NCBI GenBank assembly: GCA_027031765.1
Contig: JALVPN010000060.1
Location: 1 to 6,027 of the forward strand
DNA: 6,027 nt
Source: Promethearchaeota archaeon
GTDB lineage: Archaea; Asgardarchaeota; Thorarchaeia; Thorarchaeales; Thorarchaeaceae
Reading direction: 5' to 3'
Below are positions 1-6,026 of this stretch, one piece after another. The notes beneath the pieces were generated by a model that did not search any database, was not told the DNA's origin, and saw nothing but the letters and a program-made list of their open reading frames with translations. Made by a program: the position numbers and the translations under genes. Positions within the stretch are counted from its first letter, which is position 1. The number at the start of each line of letters is the position of its first letter.

Positions 1-2
1 TC

Positions 3-833
3 GGCAGCCAGAGGGCCGCAATAGAGGACCCGTCACTGGCGGACACTTTCAGGGTCGTGCGTGATTCAGCCCCGTCCGTACCCGTGATTGCCAACATTGG
101 CGCGACGCACGTGGAGCTGGCACCGGACGCTGTAGAGATGATAGATGCTGATGTCCTTGCTGTGCACCTCAACCCTCTACAGGAGGCTGTGCAGCCGGAG
201 GGTGACTGTGACTCGGAGGGGTTCCTGGACAACATAGCAGCCATCGTTGACACGGTCGACGTCCCGGTGATAGTGAAGGAGACCGGTGCAGGGATCTCCG
301 GCGAGGTGGCCCAGATGCTCGAAGAGGTCGGTGTGGACGCTGTTGATGTCGGCGGCGTGGGTGGGACGAGCTGGGCGGCTGTGGAGTACTACCGTGCGCT
401 GCAGGAGGACGACCCGGTCAAGACCCAGCTGGGGCTGGAGTTCTGGGACTGGGGCATCCCCACGGCACTCAGCGTCATCATGGTGCTCGATGCCACCGAC
501 CTCGATGTCATTGCCACAGGTGGCATACGTACAGGCCTCGATGTGGCGAAAGCCCTCGCCCTCGGGACAGTTGCCGCTGGTGTTGCACACCCGCTGCTCC
601 GGCCTGCTGTGAATGGTACCACCGAGGACATCGTCGCGCAGCTCAACGCACTGTTGGAGTCGTTGCGCGTGGCCATGTACCTCACGGGCTGCCTGACCGT
701 CGATGACCTCGCATCGGTGCCACTTGTGATAACTGGCAGGCTTGCCCAGTGCCTCGAGTCCCTGAACCTTGATGTGAGCAGGGTGGCCCTCGGCGTGCGC
801 AAGGTGCCGGAGGTCAGCGACGAGGAGATCTGA
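3..833 (+). CDS. fni: Type 2 (FMN-dependent) isopentenyl-diphosphate delta-isomerase, 5'-truncated by the window edge
   Basis: The frame of ORF 57..833 is open back to base 3 (GSQRAAIEDPSLADTFRVVRD...), so the listed start at 57 is internal. IDI-2 motifs present: GSQR, ANIG, HLNPLQE, PEGD, PVIVKETGAG, DVGGVGGTSW, WGIPT, ATGGIRTG, AKALALG. Stop TGA at 831-833. Confidence 0.96.
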   Translation, partial: GSQRAAIEDPSLADTFRVVRDSAPSVPVIANIGATHVELAPDAVEMIDADVLAVHLNPLQEAVQPEGDCDSEGFLDNIAAIVDTVDVPVIVKETGAGISGEVAQMLEEVGVDAVDVGGVGGTSWAAVEYYRALQEDDPVKTQLGLEFWDWGIPTALSVIMVLDATDLDVIATGGIRTGLDVAKALALGTVAAGVAHPLLRPAVNGTTEDIVAQLNALLESLRVAMYLTGCLTVDDLASVPLVITGRLAQCLESLNLDVSRVALGVRKVPEVSDEEI

Positions 834-945
834 CTGCTGGTGCCGGGTGTTGTCCCCGGACGGGCACGGCTGACACCCACGGGGACTGTCCTGTGTATGG
901 CGCAGACAGGTCTGTCCATGTTGGAGTCGGTGTGCCCGGAGCTGT

Positions 946-972
946 GATGTGGGGCCCATGGGATGTGGGGCC
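946..972. repeat. 11-bp direct repeat GATGTGGGGCC x2 in the convergent intergenic region
   Basis: Identical copies at 946-956 and 962-972, separated by CATGG. Function unknown. Confidence 0.6.
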
Positions 973-995
973 GTAGTGTCAGTTGCGCCAGTAGT

Positions 996-2480
996 TCAGA
1001 GGGCGCCGACACGCTGGAGGTATTCTGACCACTTGCGGATGCCATTGAGCATCTGCACGGCCTCCTCTATGGTGTCACCGCAGGGGATGCCGTTGAGCTC
1101 GAAGCCACGGATTATGACCTCGTACTTGTCGAGGTAGGGGACGTAGGCGACGACCGTCTTCTTGTGCCGTTTGGCCACGTTGGCCACGCGTGCGCCGATC
1201 TGGAGCGAGATGCCGGGTGCGTAGGGCAGCAGCAACAGGAGGGCTGCGTCTATGTAGTCGAGCGCGAGCATCTTGTCAAGGACGCGTTCGTAGTCTATGT
1301 CGGAGGCGCTACCCGTCAGGTCAATCGGGTTGCGGAACGAGGCAATCCCCTGATAGGCCGGTGTCATGACGGAACGCATGGCCTCCTGGTCCTCTTCCTT
1401 GAAGGGTGGGAACTCAAGGCCGTAGTAGGCCGCCTCGTCCGACGCGATGACACCATGGCCGCCACTGACCGTGAGCGTCCCGACACGCTTCCCCTTCATC
1501 GGGCGGGGCCCGAAAGAGAACACCTTTGAGTATGCCATCACCTCGTCCTCGTCCATTGCTTCGATCACGCCGAACTGCCTGAAGGCAGCCGAGACCACTG
1601 CACCATTTCCCGCAAGCGACGAGGTGTGACTCTGTGTGGCCCTGTGCCCTGCTTCTGACTGGCCACCCTTGAGCACCACGATTGGTTTCTTCCTTGCGAC
1701 CCGGGCACACTCCTCGACGAACCGCCTGCCCTCTCCCGGCCCGAAGCCCTCAATGTAGGCCAGGATGACACGGACGTTGTCGTCCTCGCCGAAGAACCGG
1801 ACAAAGTCGGACACCGTGGTCTGTGCCGAGTTCCCAATGGACACCGCTGCTGCAATGCCCACGTCCCTGTCCGCGAACTCTTCGAGGCGCTCAACGAGCC
1901 AGCCACCGCTCTGGGACACTATGGCCACGTTGCCGTACCTGGGCCTTGCGACCCGCTCGGACGGCAGGAAGAACGTGTCCACACGGTCCGGCACGAACAC
2001 ACCTATGCAGTTCGGCCCGACCATGGTGATATTGTACTGGTTGGCAATCTCAACGATCTCGTGCTGGAGGGAGCGTCCAGACTCGCCGGTCTCGCTGAAG
2101 CCTCCAGACACCACGATGACCGAGCGTATCTTCTTGCGCCCGCACTCCTCGAGCACTCCCGGCACGAACCTCGCCGGGATTGATATTACTGCGAGCTCAA
2201 TATCGTCGGGGGCCTCGGTTATGGACTTGTAGACCTTGACGCCCTCGACCGTACCCCCTTTCGGGTTGATGGGGTAGGTCTTGAGCCCATTCTCGAAACA
2301 CAGTTTCCTGAAGATGACGTTGCCCGGCGAAAACGGGTTCGACGTGGAAACGCCCACTACAGCTGTGACCTTTGGGTTCAGCATCGTCTTGAGACCTGCA
2401 ATCACATGACCACGCTCACGAGTGTTCAGTATGTCCGTCCGGCTGCGGCGCTGACGGGCCGCCGTGCTAGTCTGCCCCAT
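996..2480 (-). CDS. acdA: Acyl-CoA synthetase (NDP-forming) / acetate-CoA ligase alpha subunit (CoA-binding domain plus two ligase subdomains, no ATP-grasp domain)
   Basis: CoA-binding fold motifs LNPKVTAVVGVS, YPINPK, ELAVISIPA, VSGGFSE, VGPNCIG. Further family motifs VSQSGG, VSIGN, YIEG, KPIVVLKGG, phospho-His motif SHTSSLAG (H285, bases 1626-1628), TVSGGHGV, NPIDLTG. Symbol is family-level; substrate not determinable. True start may be downstream (GTG 2405 or ATG 2384). Confidence 0.9.
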   Translation of the reverse strand: MGQTSTAARQRRSRTDILNTRERGHVIAGLKTMLNPKVTAVVGVSTSNPFSPGNVIFRKLCFENGLKTYPINPKGGTVEGVKVYKSITEAPDDIELAVISIPARFVPGVLEECGRKKIRSVIVVSGGFSETGESGRSLQHEIVEIANQYNITMVGPNCIGVFVPDRVDTFFLPSERVARPRYGNVAIVSQSGGWLVERLEEFADRDVGIAAAVSIGNSAQTTVSDFVRFFGEDDNVRVILAYIEGFGPGEGRRFVEECARVARKKPIVVLKGGQSEAGHRATQSHTSSLAGNGAVVSAAFRQFGVIEAMDEDEVMAYSKVFSFGPRPMKGKRVGTLTVSGGHGVIASDEAAYYGLEFPPFKEEDQEAMRSVMTPAYQGIASFRNPIDLTGSASDIDYERVLDKMLALDYIDAALLLLLPYAPGISLQIGARVANVAKRHKKTVVAYVPYLDKYEVIIRGFELNGIPCGDTIEEAVQMLNGIRKWSEYLQRVGAL

Positions 2481-2487
2481 CGGTCTG

Positions 2488-2493
2488 ATTTAA
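2488..2493 (-). promoter_or_regulatory. Possible archaeal TATA box (TTAAAT on the minus strand) for the acyl-CoA synthetase gene
   Basis: One of the few AT-rich hexamers in a GC-rich intergenic region, directly abutted upstream by a 20-bp palindrome. It is too close to ATG 2480 for that codon to be transcribed, so it would imply a downstream start. Confidence 0.3.
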
Positions 2494-2496
2494 GCC

Positions 2497-2516
2497 TGTG
2501 GGAGATGTGTCCCACA
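2497..2516. promoter_or_regulatory. Inverted repeat TGTGGGA-N6-TCCCACA, candidate transcription-factor operator
   Basis: Perfect 7-bp arms (2497-2503 and 2510-2516) with a 6-bp spacer, located where a BRE would lie relative to the candidate TATA. Confidence 0.4.
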
Positions 2517-2635
2517 TATTGCTCGTGCTGTCCCTCGGGTGGGGCCGGGTACACATGCCACCGTGATGCCGGTGGGAGCCCCCATGTCCGGTGGCCGTTG
2601 AATGAGTGCTCCTGCGACCGTCTTGTTACCAGCGG

Positions 2636-3724
2636 CTAGGGCTTCATCTGGGCCAGGACCTCGCGCAGGCGTGGCTCCGCAAGGATGCCGAGCTGGATCT
2701 TGCAGAGCAGCTTTGCGGTCTCGGCATAGATGACCCTGCGGGTGTCATCGCTGTCGCTGCTCGCACTGTCCACGGCCTCCTCACAGCGCTGGTTGAACCG
2801 TTTTATGATGCGTTTCTCAAGGTCTGGACCCCCCCAGTCGAAGCCGTCCAGTGCGGCCTGTGCTTCGAGTATCTTCTCCTGCACGTTCACCTCGCCCCCT
2901 CTCAGGACCTCCTCCACGCCTGCAAAGTAGCTGGCCACGGCCCGTTCAATGCGGGCCTTCTCAGAGGGCAGCAGGTCCTTCTCCTGCGGGCGCTTCTGGT
3001 GGAGTTCCTGTAGGAGCCTGGCACCAGGCGCCTCCGTGAGCAGCCCTTTGATTATCCTGACTATGAAACGCGAAGGGGTCTCCACCACATCGGCAAAGTA
3101 GGGGCTCTTTGACCTGTACCGGTGGATCTCCTTGAGGACCTCGAGCCAGAAGACGGGCAGGAGGACGTGACAGCGTACCGAGTACTGTTCAATCATCCTC
3201 TGGTGCTGACCGATGAACCCCCACGCATCGTCCTCAATCTCGGCCTTCAGGTACGGCTCCTCAGGCTCTTCTGGGGCTGCCTCCACCAGTGTGAGTGGTG
3301 GCACCGTGTCCGGTGATGGTGCTGGTGTCATCCTTGAGAGCTGGGCACCCTCAGGCACGACCTCAGCAGGCGGCCGTTCTCTACCGTCGTCGAGGAGCGT
3401 GAGGATCTCCATGGTGGGTGTGCGCGCCTGTTCTGCCCGTTGGGCCCTGTAGGCAAGCTTGGGCAGGAGGCTCTCGATCTGTGAGAGGCGCTTGACGATG
3501 AGGCCCATGATGTTGGCCGTGGACTGGGAGAGCTGTCCCGGTGCGAGGGTGCTCTCAATCCACTTGCGGGTCCTCTTCAGTCCCTGTGTCAGCGAGTCCA
3601 CCCTGTCCGGGTCCACGCGCCCCTCAATCTGGGTGCTCAGCAGGAAGTGCATGAGCGTGGCGTTGAGGGTGGCAATCAGTAGCAACCTGTCCATGAGCTC
3701 TTCTTGGGAGAGCGACTCACTCAA
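2636..3724 (-). CDS. Hypothetical protein, 362 aa, predicted alpha-helical, two domains joined by a Pro/Glu-rich linker
   Basis: Long ORF with protein-like composition. TTG start at 3724 lies 5 nt downstream of a strong SD (GGGGTGATC) that overlaps the stop of the upstream gene. TAG stop at 2638-2636. No family recognised. Confidence 0.85.
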   Translation of the reverse strand: MSESLSQEELMDRLLLIATLNATLMHFLLSTQIEGRVDPDRVDSLTQGLKRTRKWIESTLAPGQLSQSTANIMGLIVKRLSQIESLLPKLAYRAQRAEQARTPTMEILTLLDDGRERPPAEVVPEGAQLSRMTPAPSPDTVPPLTLVEAAPEEPEEPYLKAEIEDDAWGFIGQHQRMIEQYSVRCHVLLPVFWLEVLKEIHRYRSKSPYFADVVETPSRFIVRIIKGLLTEAPGARLLQELHQKRPQEKDLLPSEKARIERAVASYFAGVEEVLRGGEVNVQEKILEAQAALDGFDWGGPDLEKRIIKRFNQRCEEAVDSASSDSDDTRRVIYAETAKLLCKIQLGILAEPRLREVLAQMKP

Positions 3725-3729
3725 CGGGC

Positions 3730-3738
3730 GATCACCCC
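3730..3738 (-). promoter_or_regulatory. Archaeal-type Shine-Dalgarno GGGGTGATC overlapping the stop codon of the tubulin-like gene
   Basis: The minus strand reads ...GCC ATG GGG TGA TC GCCCG TTG. GGGGTGATC matches the GGAGGTGATC consensus (complement of the 16S rRNA 3' end) with one mismatch. Confidence 0.75.
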
Positions 3739-5135
3739 ATGGCTGGTGTTCCAGTGGTGTCTGCTGGCGTCATGTAGTAGCTGAACAGTTCCCTGAAGTC
3801 CTCGATGGCACTCACGAGCTCCTTTCGTGTCGTCCCCTTTGCACGCATGAACCAGCCCTGTTTGAGTGGTGATGCCCCACTGTGCAGGTTCACAAGCTGG
3901 GTCGCCTCGTTGATTATCTGGGCGAGTTCGGGTATCTTGGGCAGCCCGAGCAGGAGGAGCAGGTTTGTGGGTGCCTCCGAGTAATGGTACTGGACGTAAC
4001 AGGGCGTGATGGCAGCGCCGGGTGCGACGAACTTCTCCAGGGCCTCCTTGAGGTGCATGCCGTACTCGGCCTTTGCGATGTGCCTCGGCCCACTGAGGAC
4101 GTAGTACACACTCTCCGCATTGGGCTGTTCGCCGACATCCGCATATGAACACTGTTTGACCGCATAGTCGATCATTGCACGCAGCTGCTGCGGCATGCTG
4201 CCGGCGTCGGGTATCAGGCCCACATCGGTGTACAGTGCGGGGACCACCACCGGGTCGAGTTTGTGCGAGTAGTCTGCGAGGTCTGTGGTCGGGAACACGT
4301 CCTTGCCACTCTCGTACACGCCGGGCGAGAGCATTGCCTCCACCACGTCCAGGGCCATCGGGTTGACCAGTTCCACAAAGGCCTGTTCCGTCCTCTTCTC
4401 AAGGTCGCCCGCCTCGTCCAGTGTTGAGGGCACCATCCTCTCGATGGAGGCGATGTCCGCAATGTCCACGTCGAGCTCCCGCTGGAGGTAGTCCACACTC
4501 TCACTGGTCCGGCTCCGGAGGATCCGTTTCAGCATTGTCCTGTTGCTCAGCAGGATTGTCAGGTTGGCCCCACGGTCCTGGAGCTGGGCCCTCATGAGCT
4601 TTGAGACCGCCCAGATTGAGTTGAGGGCCTCACTGGACTGTCCCTCGAAGGGCAGGACCCCTATGACGTAGACGAATATCCTGCGGCCCTCCTCCTCCTG
4701 GAACCGCTGTTTGAGGAGCTCTATGAGTGCCGGCGTGCCACCGCAGCCGGTACCACCACCGAGGCTCGTGAAGATGCAGAACCCCGAGACCCCTTCGAAC
4801 CCGAGGCCGGCGAGCTGGTCGAATATGATGTCCTTGGCCTCGTGCACTGCCCTGTAGCCGTCCATGAACCGGCCGCCCACACCGATGTCGCTGTCACCGT
4901 AGAGCAGCGTGTTTTCTTTGGGGATCTCGTACTTCTGGCGCACTTTCATGAGGTCGGCCCGGTCAGTGTTCATGAGCAGGTAGCCCCTGACGCGGGACGG
5001 CAGCCTCTTGTCGGCACTTGTCTTGAGGTACGAGCCTACAATATTGGACCCGCACTCTCCGATACCAATTGCAAACACTTCTGCAGCCTTTGCAGAGTCG
5101 TCGTCAGAACCTCTCGGCATCCTTTGCACCTTCAT
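3732..5135 (-). CDS. Divergent tubulin/FtsZ-superfamily GTPase (467 aa)
   Basis: Signature loop SLGGGTGCG (aa 124-132), T1 GIGECGSNI (24-32), T2 MNTD (55-58), T3 GVGG (85-88), T5 VLPFEG (160-165), T6 ILLSN (194-198), T7 TTDLAD (283-288), all in the correct order. Start may be ATG 5135 or ATG 5120; both have an upstream GAGGT/AAGGTG-like SD. The subfamily cannot be assigned by eye. Confidence 0.93.
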   Translation of the reverse strand: MKVQRMPRGSDDDSAKAAEVFAIGIGECGSNIVGSYLKTSADKRLPSRVRGYLLMNTDRADLMKVRQKYEIPKENTLLYGDSDIGVGGRFMDGYRAVHEAKDIIFDQLAGLGFEGVSGFCIFTSLGGGTGCGGTPALIELLKQRFQEEEGRRIFVYVIGVLPFEGQSSEALNSIWAVSKLMRAQLQDRGANLTILLSNRTMLKRILRSRTSESVDYLQRELDVDIADIASIERMVPSTLDEAGDLEKRTEQAFVELVNPMALDVVEAMLSPGVYESGKDVFPTTDLADYSHKLDPVVVPALYTDVGLIPDAGSMPQQLRAMIDYAVKQCSYADVGEQPNAESVYYVLSGPRHIAKAEYGMHLKEALEKFVAPGAAITPCYVQYHYSEAPTNLLLLLGLPKIPELAQIINEATQLVNLHSGASPLKQGWFMRAKGTTRKELVSAIEDFRELFSYYMTPADTTGTPAMG

Positions 5136-5529
5136 CCAACCTCTCTTTGTCGCTCCGATCTGTCACGTCAATACAGCAGGTGGTCGCAGGCCCGCTGCCA
5201 CGAGTCCCGTGCAGCCCTGTCCGGAGGCCATGCGTTAGTCCTCAGCCAACGTCTTGGGTGACCAGACGCCTATTATTTCTGCCGTGCATGTACCCGCTAC
5301 TGTCCAGTGCCGTGAGTGTGCGGCCCCGGGTGTCCCCCAGTGGTGGCAGCACAGTCCCTGCAGCTTCGCGGCCAAGTGCAGTACTACCGCCCTGACGGGC
5401 CGGCTGACGGTGGCCTACTTGGTGGGCCCTGTCACCAGTGGTACCTGGCAGCCCCGGTGTGGACATCCCTGTCCACCTGGCCACCGCAGGCACCCGCAGT
5501 GCCCGTTTGCTCACAGTCCCAAATAAACT

Positions 5530-5580
5530 GTATCGTGACCGCCCGCAGCCGCGTAGCCCGTGCACTTGGCGTCACGGTAC
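5530..5580 (+). other. Potential stem-loop in the large intergenic region
   Basis: GTATCGTGAC (5530-5539) can pair with GTCACGGTAC (5571-5580): 10 bp with one G-U pair. Extendable inward by GCC/GGC and GCA/TGC. Confidence 0.3.
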
Positions 5581-5648
5581 GCCCAGTCGACGGTGAGCAC
5601 ACCAATCCTCTACAGACATTTCCCGAGACGTCCCAGTCGCGTCCTGTC

Positions 5649-6026
5649 CTACCCGCGCTTCTCGACCATGCGGCGCGCGAGTTCTCGCACTGCCCATGTC
5701 AGGTACGAGCTGATGTCCTCTCTCCCATAGGTGTCCCGGATGCGCTTTGCCGTGTCTTCGAGGAACCGTTCCCGCTCGTCGGCGCTGGCCGTGGGACTGA
5801 ACTCGGTCATGAACATACGGAGAGACTTGTGCCAGTCGTCCATCTTCTCGGCCTTGGTCAGCCACTTGGTGCGCATGTCCATGATCTCGTTGAAGAGCTC
5901 GATGGCCTTGTCGAGGACAGTGGCCTGTCTGAGAGCCTCCTCCTTCTCGCGGAGGGTCCTCAATGGGAATATGAGGCGTGAGAAGTCGTCCGGGTGCCTG
6001 TCGTAGACGGCCTCGATTGTGGAGTA
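5649..6026 (-). CDS. Hypothetical alpha-helical protein, C-terminal 125 aa only (5'-truncated by the window edge)
   Basis: The frame of ORF 5649..5963 stays open to the window end (YSTIEAVYDRHPDDFSRLIFPLRTLREKEEALRQ...RRMVEKRG*). Charged amphipathic helical pattern; codon style matches the neighbouring genes. Confidence 0.8.
   Translation of the reverse strand, partial: YSTIEAVYDRHPDDFSRLIFPLRTLREKEEALRQATVLDKAIELFNEIMDMRTKWLTKAEKMDDWHKSLRMFMTEFSPTASADERERFLEDTAKRIRDTYGREDISSYLTWAVRELARRMVEKRG

Noticed and set aside
177-1045. Long antisense ORFs 177..959 and 389..1045 (-), plus 286..612 (+)
   Set aside because: They overlap the unambiguous fni gene and have no recognisable motifs; typical shadow ORFs of GC-rich coding DNA.
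1164-2232. Plus-strand and alternative-frame ORFs inside the acyl-CoA synthetase gene
   Set aside because: They lie fully within a well-supported CDS and have Ser/Arg/Pro-rich, non-protein-like composition.
947-2517. ATGTGGG ... CCCACAT inverted 7-mers bracketing the acyl-CoA synthetase gene as element ends
   Set aside because: Only 7 bp, with no transposase or target duplication; compatible with chance.
2420-2638. Pyrrolysine-type read-through of the TAG stops at 2636 and 5649
   Set aside because: The extension after 2636 is out of frame with the downstream gene and not protein-like; the extension after 5649 meets another TAG within 13 codons.
5254-5526. 90-aa Cys/His-rich ORF (CRECA, CGHPC) as a possible small zinc-finger protein
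   Set aside because: GTG start without an SD, irregular Cys spacing, and composition expected from GC-rich non-coding DNA. It cannot be fully excluded without proteomics or homologues.
5371-5570. 200-bp segment bounded by a perfect 10-bp inverted repeat as a MITE
   Set aside because: No target-site duplication is visible (flanks ...TTCGCG / GTCACG...). A rough estimate suggests a 10-bp inverted match is not rare in 500 bp of GC-rich DNA, and there is no second copy in the window.
3732-5648. Type III (TubZ/TubR/tubC) partition cassette
   Set aside because: No small winged-helix TubR-like ORF or iteron array upstream, and the flanks are housekeeping genes.
5136-5648. tRNA, SRP RNA, RNase P RNA or CRISPR array in the long gap
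   Set aside because: No T-loop GTTCRA, SRP helix-8 motif, RNase P GAGGAAAGTCC or regularly spaced repeats were found on either strand.
5316-5981. 221-aa plus-strand ORF
   Set aside because: Its 3' half is antisense to the better-supported minus-strand ORF, and no motif is recognisable.
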